Part shown: positions 30,129 through 39,153 of the stretch, one piece after another | How the letters are laid out: each line of letters begins with the position of its first letter | Position numbering within the stretch: the first letter of the stretch is position 1 | Source of the DNA: an uncultured delta proteobacterium | GTDB lineage: Bacteria > Myxococcota > Myxococcia > Myxococcales > Myxococcaceae | Length of the DNA stretch: 64,000 nucleotides | Reading direction: 5' to 3' | NCBI GenBank assembly: GCA_963796055.1 | Contig: CAWCKH010000004.1 | Location: forward strand, 2,432,001-2,496,000 | Made by a program: the position numbers and the translations under genes | The notes under the pieces: model-generated | Told to the model about the DNA's origin: nothing | The model's database searches: none | What the model saw: the letters and a program-made list of their open reading frames with translations, nothing else

Positions 30129-31033
30129 GGGGACGCCCCCAGTCCCCGCAGCCGGACGCAGATCTGGCGGTCCTGGGGATTGGAGGTCTTGACTTGAAGG
30201 CTCCAGGGTCCGGGCGCGGCAGAGGGTGACTCACCGTGGACGAACCCCTCGTGCGCCGCCGGGATGCGGAGGTGGAGCGCGCCCGCCGGACTGTCCAGCC
30301 GGAGCTGTACGTCGGAGCGATCCGCGATCCAGGCGTGCTCCCAGGTGATGCCGGCCTCGAGCAACAACGCGTCGGCGGCGGGCGCATCGGGCAGCCGGAT
30401 GGAGAGCGTGCGTCCGCCGCTCGGGGGGATGAGGAACAAGCAGCGCACCGGCTGGTACAGGACCTCGTGCCAGGCCACCTCCACCGAGGCATCGAATGGG
30501 CAGAGCACCCGCGCCCCGCTGCGCCGGCAGGGCTGCGGGGGCGTGCCCGCTCCCTCGACCGAGACCTCCAGCCGGTCGAACGCGTCCACGGCGGAGAGGA
30601 CGACGGTACGCGCCCGGCCGTTGCGGTACGGGGTGAGGGTGAGCGGCCCGAAGTCGCGCGCCTCGCCGACTGGAGTGCGGTCGGGCAGGAAGTGCTCGCG
30701 AAAGTCCCGGTCGGGCGTCCGGGGAAGCCGCTCGTTCGCCAGCACCCAGATGCGCGGGTGGGCGACCAGGTCGTCGGCGGTGTCTCCGAGGTAGCCCACC
30801 ACCGGGAGCTCGGCGGGGAGGAACAGCCGGGCGCGCTCCGTCCACCAGGGATGCAGCAGCACCACGTCCGCCGGCGCGCGTTCCTTCGCCAGGATGGCCG
30901 CCACCGCGCGGTAGTCGGCGTCGGAGGGGAAGGCAGCGGGCAGTCGGAGCTGGAACCCGAGGCCGAGCAGCGCCACGAGCACCAGGGCCAGCGCGGGCGC
31001 GGCGGTGCGCAATCTGTGGACCGTCTCGTTCAC
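30125..31033 (-). CDS. Membrane-anchored hypothetical protein resembling the periplasmic C-terminal domain of GT-C enzymes
   Basis: N-terminal TM, DYRAVA...DVVLLHPWW...RIWVL; stop overlaps the GT start. Start codon uncertain. Confidence 0.65.
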   Translation of the reverse strand: MNETVHRLRTAAPALALVLVALLGLGFQLRLPAAFPSDADYRAVAAILAKERAPADVVLLHPWWTERARLFLPAELPVVGYLGDTADDLVAHPRIWVLANERLPRTPDRDFREHFLPDRTPVGEARDFGPLTLTPYRNGRARTVVLSAVDAFDRLEVSVEGAGTPPQPCRRSGARVLCPFDASVEVAWHEVLYQPVRCLFLIPPSGGRTLSIRLPDAPAADALLLEAGITWEHAWIADRSDVQLRLDSPAGALHLRIPAAHEGFVHGESPSAAPGPWSLQVKTSNPQDRQICVRLRGLGASP

Positions 31034-31079
31034 TCCGGCGGCAGACGCTTTAGCATCCCGGGCCTGGGAGGTCTGTTCC

Positions 31080-32066
31080 GTGCTCGCTCTGATCATCGCT
31101 GGAGTGCTGATCGCCGAGCCGGTGACCGTTCCCCTCCCGGGCGGGGAAGGGGGAATCGGGTTCGACGACCTGCTTTACTCAACGCCGCTGCGACGGTTCA
31201 TCGTCCCGGGTGGCCGCACCGGACGCGTCTTTCTCCTCGATCCGGCCACACGACGGCTGGAAGCGGTGGGCACGCTGAGCAAGCTCCCCTCGTGGAGCGG
31301 CGGGCACGGGCAGAGTGCGACTTCGGCCGATGCCCGAGCGGACACGGTCTTCGCCGGTGACCGGACCGCGAGACGCCTGGTGGCCGTCGCACTCGGCGGG
31401 AAGGGAACGGCCGCGGAAGCGGTGCTCGAATCGGGTCCTGACTACGTGCGCTGGGTGGAGACCACCAGCGAGGTGTGGGTCACCGAGCCGGACGCCGCGG
31501 CGATCAAGATCTTCAAGTTTGACCCGCGGGGGAATCCAGCCCTGGTCCGCGCCGGACGAATCGCCGTGCCCGACGGCCCCGAATCGCTGGTGATCGACGC
31601 GGCGCACGGCCGTGCCTTCACCAGCACCTGGCACGACCGGACACTGGCGATCGGCCTCCGGGAGCGTGCCGTCCTCGGGCAGTGGAGCAACGGCTGCACG
31701 GATGCCCGGGGTCTCGACGCCGACCCCGCCCGCGGCCTCCTCTTCGTCGGCTGCGCGGAGGGGCGGGTGACGGTGATCGACACCTCCGGGAAGGGGCGGC
31801 TCGCCGGCCAGGCGACCACCGGGGCGGGTGTGGACATCATCGCCTACCAGAGGGCGACGCGACGGCTCTACGTCCCGGCGGGCAAGGCTGCGACACTCGA
31901 GGCATATGAGGTCACGGCAGACGGCTCGCTCCGGCGTCTCTGGCGCGCTGCTGCGCCCAAGGAGGCGCACTGCGTGGCGGCTGACGATGCTGGCCACATG
32001 CTGGTGTGTGATCCACGCGGAGGTCGCGTCCTCCTCTACGCAGACGCCCCGGATCGTCCACGGTGA
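31080..32066 (+). CDS. Secreted YncE-like beta-propeller protein
   Basis: GGAGG RBS and GTG 31080; GIGFDDL, PESLVID, GLDADP..LLFVGC and AHCVAADD blades. Confidence 0.8.
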   Translation: MLALIIAGVLIAEPVTVPLPGGEGGIGFDDLLYSTPLRRFIVPGGRTGRVFLLDPATRRLEAVGTLSKLPSWSGGHGQSATSADARADTVFAGDRTARRLVAVALGGKGTAAEAVLESGPDYVRWVETTSEVWVTEPDAAAIKIFKFDPRGNPALVRAGRIAVPDGPESLVIDAAHGRAFTSTWHDRTLAIGLRERAVLGQWSNGCTDARGLDADPARGLLFVGCAEGRVTVIDTSGKGRLAGQATTGAGVDIIAYQRATRRLYVPAGKAATLEAYEVTADGSLRRLWRAAAPKEAHCVAADDAGHMLVCDPRGGRVLLYADAPDRPR

Positions 32067-32812
32067 AGCATCGCTGTCGGCGGCTGATCCTGATGCTCTC
32101 CGTCGCGTTCGCCCCGGGGGCCCTGGCCTATCGCCCCTTCGACCAGACCGACGCCGACGTGGCCGAACCCCACCTGATCGAGCTCGAGCTGGGGCCGACG
32201 CAGCTCCAGTGGGCAGGGGGACGCACCGCGCTCGTCCCCACGTTCATCTTCAACGTCGGCGTCCTTCCGCGATGGGAGCTGGTCGTCGACGCCTCGGGAA
32301 GCGGCACCGTGGCGGGTCCGCGTGAGCCGGGCGAGGTCGCGCAGTTCGAGGCCGGGGTGGCGTTCAAGGGCGTGCTGCGGCAGGGGAGCCTCCAGGACGC
32401 TGAGGGCCCCAGCGTGGCGATCGAGCCCGAGCTGCTGCTGCCCGCGACCGCCGACCCATCCGGGTTCGGGGTCTCGGCAGGGCTCATCGTCTCCCAGCGG
32501 TGGCCGGCGCTGACGGTGCACCTGAACCTGGTTCCATCCTGGTCGCGGGCGCACCGCTTCGCGGGGCTCGCCGGGTTCATCGTCGAGGGTCCATCCGCCT
32601 GGGTGGTGCGTCCAGTCGGCGAGCTCTACGTGGAGGCAGAGCGCGGGCAACCCTCGGTGACGGTCTCCGCGCTCACGGGTGTCGTCTGGCGCCTGTCGCC
32701 TCGGGTCTCGGCCGATGCCGCCGTGCGCGGGGGCACCGTGTCCGGAACGGGGGTATTCGAGGTGCGCCTTGGCTTGACCTGGGACATTCCTCTTGACAGT
32801 GAAAGGCGCTGA
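32063..32812 (+). CDS. Secreted protein, probable outer-membrane beta-barrel
   Basis: Signal peptide ending ALA, YRPFDQTDADVAE, alternating beta-strand pattern ending VRLGLTW; GTGA overlap with the upstream gene. Confidence 0.65.
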   Translation: MKHRCRRLILMLSVAFAPGALAYRPFDQTDADVAEPHLIELELGPTQLQWAGGRTALVPTFIFNVGVLPRWELVVDASGSGTVAGPREPGEVAQFEAGVAFKGVLRQGSLQDAEGPSVAIEPELLLPATADPSGFGVSAGLIVSQRWPALTVHLNLVPSWSRAHRFAGLAGFIVEGPSAWVVRPVGELYVEAERGQPSVTVSALTGVVWRLSPRVSADAAVRGGTVSGTGVFEVRLGLTWDIPLDSERR

Positions 32813-32813
32813 G

Positions 32814-34466
32814 ATGTCCGGTGGCACCCCAGAGAGCTCGCCCGAGCTCGGCCAGGCGCGAGAGGCTTACGCGCGTCGAGCGTGGGAGGACGCGTACCAC
32901 CTCTTCTCCGCGCTCGACCAGGTGTCCGCGCTCGAGGCCGACGACCTGGCGAAGTATTCCTGGGCCGCGGGGCTGAGCGGACGGGACCGTGAGCTGCTCG
33001 CCATCCTGGAGCGCCTGCATCACCTCCTGCTGGAAGAGGGCGACCCGATGCTCGCTGCGCGGGTCGGATTCTGGCTGGGTTACCGGCTCACCGGGCTGGG
33101 CGAGTTCGGACAGGCGAGCGGCTGGTTCGCCCGGGTGGAGCGGCTGCTGGAGCGTGAGGGGAAGCCGTGCGCCGTCCGGGGGTACCTCCGGATCCCGGAG
33201 ACGATGCACCACCTGGCCCAGAACGAGTGCGACGAGGCGTTCGCCTCCGCGGCGGAGGCTGCGCGGATCGGCGAGGAGTTCGCCGAGCCGGATCTGGTGG
33301 CGCTGGCCAGGAGCCTCCAGGGACGCGCGCGCCTGCGGCAGGGCAGCATCCGCGAGGGACTCGCGCTGCTCGACGAGGCGATGGTGACGGTCAAGACCGA
33401 CGGCGGGGCGCCCATCGTCCCGGCGATCGTGTACTGCATCCTCATCGAGGGATGCCGTCAGGTGTACGCCCTCGACCGCTGCCGGGAGTGGACCGCCGTG
33501 CTGTCGAGCTGGTGCGAGTCACAGCCACAGCTGGTGGCCTTCAACGGCGTCTGCATGGTGCACCGGGTCGAGGTGATGGAGATGAACGGCCAGTGGGAGG
33601 TGGCCCTCGAGGAGGCCCGGCGCGCCTGCCAGCGACTCGCGCAGACACCCGACCCATTCGCCACTCCCGCGGCCCACTACCAGAAGGCGGAGATGCACCG
33701 CCTCCGGGGAGAGCTCGAGGAGGCGGAGGCGGCATACCTCGAAGCGCACCGCCTGGGACGGGAGCCGCAGCCGGGCATGTCGCTCCTCCGGCTGGCACAG
33801 GGGCGGGGAGAGGCCGCCCTGGCGTCGATCCGTCGCGCGCTCGCTGCCCCGGGGGAACCGCTCCAGCGGGCGCGGCTCCTGCCGGCGATGGTGGAGATCG
33901 CCCTTGCAGCCGGCGACGTCGAGGGAGCCTCGACGGCGAGCGCGGAGCTCGAGCAGCTCTCGGAGCGGTTCGAATCCGAGGTCCTGGCCGCGATCGCCGC
34001 CCACGCGCGCGGAACGGTGCTCCTCGCCAGGGGAGAACCACAGCGGGCGCTCGATGCACTCCGCCCCGCGCTCGACGTGTGGCAGCGGCTCGTCGCGCCG
34101 TACCTGGCCGCGCGGGTCCGGGTGTCGGTCGGTCTCGCCTGTCGCGCCCTCGGCGACGAGGAATGGGCGGCCCTGGAGCTCACTGCCGCCCGCAAGGTGT
34201 TCGAGGAGCTCGGGGCCAAGCCGGACCTCGCGCGGCTTCCGCCGCCGGCGGTCGACCACCGGAGCCAGCGTCCCGATGGGCTGACCACGCGCGAGCTGGA
34301 GGTCCTCGGCCTCGTGGCCGCCGGCAAGACGAACAAGGTGATCGCCGGGGAGCTGTTCCTGAGCGAGAAGACGGTCGACCGTCACCTGAGCAACATCTTT
34401 CTCAAGCTCGGGGTCTCCTCGCGGGCGGCGGCCACCGCGTACGCCTTCACCCACAAGCTCGTCTAG
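32814..34466 (+). CDS. TPR-containing LuxR-family transcriptional regulator
   Basis: C-terminal LTTRELEVL...TNKVIA..LFLSEKTVDRHLSNIFLKLG HTH after an all-helical body; no receiver domain. Confidence 0.92.
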   Translation: MSGGTPESSPELGQAREAYARRAWEDAYHLFSALDQVSALEADDLAKYSWAAGLSGRDRELLAILERLHHLLLEEGDPMLAARVGFWLGYRLTGLGEFGQASGWFARVERLLEREGKPCAVRGYLRIPETMHHLAQNECDEAFASAAEAARIGEEFAEPDLVALARSLQGRARLRQGSIREGLALLDEAMVTVKTDGGAPIVPAIVYCILIEGCRQVYALDRCREWTAVLSSWCESQPQLVAFNGVCMVHRVEVMEMNGQWEVALEEARRACQRLAQTPDPFATPAAHYQKAEMHRLRGELEEAEAAYLEAHRLGREPQPGMSLLRLAQGRGEAALASIRRALAAPGEPLQRARLLPAMVEIALAAGDVEGASTASAELEQLSERFESEVLAAIAAHARGTVLLARGEPQRALDALRPALDVWQRLVAPYLAARVRVSVGLACRALGDEEWAALELTAARKVFEELGAKPDLARLPPPAVDHRSQRPDGLTTRELEVLGLVAAGKTNKVIAGELFLSEKTVDRHLSNIFLKLGVSSRAAATAYAFTHKLV

Positions 34467-34473
34467 CCGCGGC

Positions 34474-34529
34474 GTGGGGGAAATCCCCCATCCGGCGCCT
34501 TCACCAAAATGCAGGGTTCTCCCGACGCG
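34474..34529 (+). promoter_or_regulatory. Palindromic operator pair, probable LuxR binding sites
   Basis: TGGGGG-AAAT-CCCCCA at 34475-34490 and a degenerate copy TGCAGG-GTTC-TCCCGA 35 nt downstream. Confidence 0.55.
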
Positions 34530-34584
34530 GACGCCCGGGGCGAGCGCGTACATCCCGCCCGTGAATTCGAGCCGGAGGATGGTC

Positions 34585-35796
34585 ATGCGCAGCGAAGAGT
34601 CGGTCGGTGGAAGCTCGTCGGTGATGGTGGAGGAGGGGCAGGCGCTCGAGACGCTGGAGCCGCGCCCCCGGAGCCGCTTCCGCGTCGAGATGGAGGTGGA
34701 CGTGCTGGTCATCGGCGCCGGCCAGGCGGGACTCTCGGTGGGGTACCACCTCCTGCGGCAGGGGGTGCGGAACTTTCTCCTCCTCGATGCCAACGCTCGG
34801 GTGGGGGATCCGTGGCGCCAGCGGTGGGACTCGCTCCGAGTCTTCACTCCGGCGAAGTACGACTCGCTCGACGGGATGCCCTTCCCCGCGCCGCCGTTCA
34901 GCTACCCCACCAAGGACGAGATGGCGGACTACCTCGAGGAGTATGCCCGGCACTTCAACCTGCCGGTGCGCAACGGCGTCCGGGTGGACGGTCTCTCGCG
35001 CTCCGGCGACCAATACGTGGTCGCCGCCAGTCACCAGCGCTTCCTGGCCCGCGAGGTGGTGGTGGCGATGGCCACCTACCAGAAGCCGAAGGTCCCGGCG
35101 TTCGCCACCGAGCTGGACCCGAGCATCGTGCAGCTGCACTCGAGCGCGTACCGGAGCCCCGCGCAGCTCCGGCCCGGGAAGGTGCTGCTCGTCGGCGCGG
35201 GGAACTCGGGCGCGGAGATCGCGATCGAGCTACGCAAGGCGGGGCATCCGGTGGTGATGTCCGGCCGCGACGTGGGCAACATTCCGCCCTGGTTCCACCA
35301 CCCGGTCTCCCAGCGGCTGTTCATGCCGCTGCTGTTCCGAGGCATTTTCCACCGCCTCCTCAGCGAGTCGACGCCGCTGGGCCGGAAGGCGAAGCGCGGG
35401 CACAACGGGCAGGCCACCCCCCTCATCCGCACGTTGCCCAGGCACCTGGCGGCGGCCGGCGTCGAGCGCGTGGGCCGGGTGGCCGGCGTGCAGGGCGGCC
35501 GGCCGGTGCTGGAGGACGGCACGGCGCTCGACGCGACGAACGTGATCTGGTGCACCGGGTACCACCCCGGCTTCTCCTGGGTGAACCTCCCGGTCTTCGA
35601 CGAGCGTGGCGAGCCGCGCCAGTACCGCGGGGTGGTGTGCGAGGAGCCGGGTCTCTACTTCGTGGGGCTGGACTTCCTGTACGCGATGTCCTCCACGATG
35701 ATCCACGGTGTGGGTCGCGATGCACGCTACGTCGCGGAGCAGATCGCCGAGCGCCTTGCGACGGAGCCGGCGCAGCAGATGGCGTCCGCTGCCTGA
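34585..35796 (+). CDS. Flavin-containing monooxygenase (CzcO/ArsO-like class B)
   Basis: GAGQAG, WRQRWDSL, QLHSSAYR, GAGNSG and WCTGY motifs; GGAGG RBS. Confidence 0.9.
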   Translation: MRSEESVGGSSSVMVEEGQALETLEPRPRSRFRVEMEVDVLVIGAGQAGLSVGYHLLRQGVRNFLLLDANARVGDPWRQRWDSLRVFTPAKYDSLDGMPFPAPPFSYPTKDEMADYLEEYARHFNLPVRNGVRVDGLSRSGDQYVVAASHQRFLAREVVVAMATYQKPKVPAFATELDPSIVQLHSSAYRSPAQLRPGKVLLVGAGNSGAEIAIELRKAGHPVVMSGRDVGNIPPWFHHPVSQRLFMPLLFRGIFHRLLSESTPLGRKAKRGHNGQATPLIRTLPRHLAAAGVERVGRVAGVQGGRPVLEDGTALDATNVIWCTGYHPGFSWVNLPVFDERGEPRQYRGVVCEEPGLYFVGLDFLYAMSSTMIHGVGRDARYVAEQIAERLATEPAQQMASAA

Positions 35797-35804
35797 GACG
35801 GGCG

Positions 35805-36317
35805 TCAGGACTTCGCGAGCCGGATCTTCTGCTCGCTCTTGTCCCGACAGAAGGTTTCGAAGAAGGTGTCGCCCGCGTCGTAGTTCAGCGTCCACGGCGG
35901 ATACATCGCGCACCGCGGGTCCAGGCAGTGGTGCAGCTCCCAGCTGTGTCCGAGCTGGTGCATCGCGTGACGGGCAATCTGCTTGAGCCCCGCCTCGGGG
36001 TCCTTCACCCCCGCGCTCGAGACCAGGGCCCGGGGCCCGTTCTGGTCTGCGAACCCCGAGCAGGGCACGTCGCCGGAGAGGAGCGAGCGTGGCTTCAGCT
36101 TGCGCGAGGTCAGGTAGAGAATCTTGTCGTCGGCGTACGCCCGCGGCGAGGGTAGCGCTTTCAGCAGCTCCAGGGCGTCGAACGGCTCGCTCTGCCCCGG
36201 GGGCAGCGGCATGTCGCCCGCGTGCTCGCAGCCCACGCCAAACGCGGTGTAGAGCACCTTGCACAGCCGGTCGACGACCTTCGGGTCGTACGGGTCGAGG
36301 GTCACCAGTCGGATCAC
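35805..36317 (-). CDS. carG: CarG, non-proteolytic archaemetzincin-like Zn-binding adaptor
   Basis: HQLGHSWELHHCLDPRCAM, with Gln replacing the catalytic Glu; lies directly downstream of carD. Confidence 0.88.
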   Translation of the reverse strand: MIRLVTLDPYDPKVVDRLCKVLYTAFGVGCEHAGDMPLPPGQSEPFDALELLKALPSPRAYADDKILYLTSRKLKPRSLLSGDVPCSGFADQNGPRALVSSAGVKDPEAGLKQIARHAMHQLGHSWELHHCLDPRCAMYPPWTLNYDAGDTFFETFCRDKSEQKIRLAKS

Positions 36318-36337
36318 GGGGGTGTTCTCTCCTCGGG

Positions 36338-37225
36338 CTACTTCTTCTTCGCCGACTTCGCGGCGGGCCTTGCCTTGCCGGTCGGCTTCGCCGCGGCCTT
36401 CGCCTTCGGGGCGGGCTTCTTCTCGTGCTTCCCCGGCGGCTTCTTCTCCTTGGCCGCCTTCTTCTGCGGGGGCCTCTTCTTCGCCACGGGCTTCTTCTCC
36501 GCCCGGGCCTTCGTCTCACCCTTCGCCTTGGCGCCGGGCTTGGCCTTCGCCGCGGGCTCGACCGGCTCCTCGACCTCGGCCTCCTCTGCCGGGGGCTCCG
36601 GCTCGCCGCCGAGTTCCATCTCCCCGCCGAGCTCGAGCAGATCGTCGCCGAGCTCCATCCCCTCCTCCTCACCGCTGCCGGTCCGGAACTCCTCGGCGGT
36701 CCGCTTCGGCCGCTCGCGGCCCGGCGGGAAGAGCACCACGTCCACCGAGTCCTCGGCGTCCACCTCGGCGACGTTCAGGCTCGCCGCCAGCTCGGCCACC
36801 AGGAGGTGACGGGCGTTGTCGTAGAGCTCGCGCTCCTTGGTGGGCAGCGGTCGCAGCTCGGACAGCACTTGCAGCCCCTTCACCACCTCCGCCAGCCCCA
36901 TCAACCCGCCCTGGCTCATCCGCTCCACGTTGGTCCGGGCCCGCTGCTTCCAGTCGAGGTTGGCCTTGTCGCTGTCCGAGCGGAGGAAGGAGAAGACCCG
37001 CTCCACCTCGGGTCGGGTGGCCACCTTCCGCAACCCGATGGAGCGAACCTTCGCCTCGGGCACCATCACCACCGCGCCGTCCTCCTCGCGCTTCATGGTG
37101 ACGAAGGTGAGCGTCTGCCCGGCGACCTCCTTCGACTCCACGCTGGTCACGCGGCACACGCCCTGATTCGGATAGACGACGCGGTCCCCGACGGCGAGCG
37201 TCAGGGCCTGAGCTGTCTCGGCCAT
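36338..37225 (-). CDS. carD: Myxobacterial CarD regulator with acidic region and histone H1-like tail
   Basis: GDRVVYPNQGV CarD/TRCF domain, a Glu-rich segment and a K/A/P-rich C-terminus. Confidence 0.92.
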   Translation of the reverse strand: MAETAQALTLAVGDRVVYPNQGVCRVTSVESKEVAGQTLTFVTMKREEDGAVVMVPEAKVRSIGLRKVATRPEVERVFSFLRSDSDKANLDWKQRARTNVERMSQGGLMGLAEVVKGLQVLSELRPLPTKERELYDNARHLLVAELAASLNVAEVDAEDSVDVVLFPPGRERPKRTAEEFRTGSGEEEGMELGDDLLELGGEMELGGEPEPPAEEAEVEEPVEPAAKAKPGAKAKGETKARAEKKPVAKKRPPQKKAAKEKKPPGKHEKKPAPKAKAAAKPTGKARPAAKSAKKK

Positions 37226-37240
37226 GTCGAGGGCGAGGGC

Positions 37241-37642
37241 CTACACCATCCGGCGGCAGGGCGCGAGAGCATCGGCGGTCGCAATGCGCTCGGCCACGAG
37301 GACCAGCAGGGCCCGCGGGTCGAAGGGCTTCCCCATGCACCAGCGGGCGTGCTCGCGGAGGAAGCCTTCCGCGCGGGCGTCGAACACGCCCCCGGTCAGG
37401 AAGACCATCCGGGCCGCGACCTCGGGCCGCGTCTCGGAGAGCCGGGCGTGGAGCTCCAGGCCGGTCATGTGCGGCATCATGATGTCGCAGAGCACGGCGT
37501 CGAACGGACCGGCGTCGAGCATCGCCAGCGCTGCCGGCCCGCTGTGCGCCACCTGGACCTCGTGCGCCCGGGCCAGAAGACGCCGGGCGGCGCTCGCCAC
37601 CAGCGGCTCGTCATCGACCACCAGGACCCGTGTCCGGCGCAT
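37241..37642 (-). CDS. Single-domain response regulator
   Basis: VLVVDDE, CDIMMP, FLTG and KPF motifs. Confidence 0.9.
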   Translation of the reverse strand: MRRTRVLVVDDEPLVASAARRLLARAHEVQVAHSGPAALAMLDAGPFDAVLCDIMMPHMTGLELHARLSETRPEVAARMVFLTGGVFDARAEGFLREHARWCMGKPFDPRALLVLVAERIATADALAPCRRMV

Positions 37643-37719
37643 GTGCCCCTCGGATTGCGAAGGCGGGGCCAGCCCAGAATCGCAGCAGCGGACGGGGGGT
37701 TCCGCGCGCGGCGGCCCGG

Positions 37720-39126
37720 TCAGCGCGGGAGGGGTGAGTCCCCGCCGACCTGTGCCGGCGGGAGCTCGGCGCGCAGGTGCACGGTGGTCCCCGATCGGCC
37801 GCTGATCTCCCCGGTCCAGTCGGACCGCCCCGGCAGCATCACCCGGAGCTGGTGCGGCTGGTCGGCGCCGAGGTGGGTGATGCGCAGCGGCGTGGCCCCT
37901 GGCACCGGCGTGCCATCCACTTCGACGCGCGCCCCGGTGGGCTCGGAGAGCAGCTCGAGCTCGAAGGTCGGCACCGTTCCCAGCACCAAGGCCAGCACGG
38001 TCCCGAGCAGGAGCGCCACCCCGAGCATGGCCACCAGCTTCCAGGGCCGGGTGCGGGCAGGTTCCGGCGGCCGGACCGCCGCGGTGGTCACCGAGGGCAC
38101 CGCCTCGAGCGGCTCCTCGGCCCGTGTTCCCTTCCGCCACTCGGGCACGGCCTCGAGAACTGCCCGGGGAAGCTTCACCTCCTGCCCCTCGGCGAGCAGC
38201 TCGGGCTCGAAGAGAAAGGACATGAAATCGCTCAGCGGCGGAGGCCGAGGACCGAGCGCGTGCAGCGCATCGGAGAGGGCGTGCTCCATCTCCTGCGCCG
38301 AGGCGAAGCGATCCTCGGGCGCGTGGGCCATCGCCCGGAGCAGGGTGGCCTCGAGCCCGGGCGAGAGGCGTGGATTCAGGCTCCTCGGGGCGGGGAACTC
38401 TCCGCGGATGATGCTCCGCATCGCCTGCACCACCTTCCCGAGGTGGGGCAGCCGGCCGCAGAGCAGCTGGTAGAGTACCGCTCCGGTGGCGTAGAGGTCG
38501 GTGCGGAAGTCCACCGGCTCGCCGCGGGCCTGCTCCGGCGAGAAGTAGGGGTACTTCCCCTTCACCCCGCTGGCCTGCATCGCCGCGTCGGTGGCGTTGC
38601 GCGCCCGGGCGATGCCGAAGTCGACGATCTTCACCTCGCCCGCGTAGCCGAGCAGCACGTTCTGCGGCGAGACGTCACGGTGGACGATCTGCAGCGACCG
38701 CCCGCGCTCGTCGACCCGGGTGTGGGCGTAATGCAGCCCGCGGCACATCCCGATCCCGATCTGCAGGGCGATGGGCTCGGGGAGGAACGGGAACTGCAGC
38801 GCGTGGGCCCGCCGGAGCACGCGGCTCAGCGGCTGGCCGTGCACGTACTCCATCGCCAGGAAGTAGTCGCCGTCGATCTCCCCGAAGTCGAAGACCTGGG
38901 CGATGTTCCCGTGGCTCAGCGACACCGCGATGCGCGCCTCGTTGACGAACATCCGGACGAAGGCCTCGCTGCCGGCGAACGCAGGGAGGATCTTCTTGAT
39001 CACCACCGGCTTGCTCACGCCCGCCATCGCGTCGAAGCGCGCGCGGTACAGCTCGGCCATCCCGCCGACGGCGAGTCGCTCCAGCAGCTGGTACTTGCCA
39101 AACTGGGGCGGGACCGGAGAGGGCAC
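37720..39126 (-). CDS. Hanks-type Ser/Thr protein kinase with TM and PEGA-like domain
   Basis: LAVGGMAEL, VIKK, HRDVSPQN, DFG, YFSPEQ, one TM, then SEPTGARVEVDG...TPL. Confidence 0.95.
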   Translation of the reverse strand: MPSPVPPQFGKYQLLERLAVGGMAELYRARFDAMAGVSKPVVIKKILPAFAGSEAFVRMFVNEARIAVSLSHGNIAQVFDFGEIDGDYFLAMEYVHGQPLSRVLRRAHALQFPFLPEPIALQIGIGMCRGLHYAHTRVDERGRSLQIVHRDVSPQNVLLGYAGEVKIVDFGIARARNATDAAMQASGVKGKYPYFSPEQARGEPVDFRTDLYATGAVLYQLLCGRLPHLGKVVQAMRSIIRGEFPAPRSLNPRLSPGLEATLLRAMAHAPEDRFASAQEMEHALSDALHALGPRPPPLSDFMSFLFEPELLAEGQEVKLPRAVLEAVPEWRKGTRAEEPLEAVPSVTTAAVRPPEPARTRPWKLVAMLGVALLLGTVLALVLGTVPTFELELLSEPTGARVEVDGTPVPGATPLRITHLGADQPHQLRVMLPGRSDWTGEISGRSGTTVHLRAELPPAQVGGDSPLPR

Positions 39127-39153
39127 GTCTGGAGAGGAAAGGTAACATGGTGC

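Noticed and set aside
37643..38140. N-terminal extension of the response regulator (299-aa ORF)
   Set aside because: It overlaps the kinase in another frame and is low-complexity. The receiver domain starts at ATG 37642 after GAGGG.
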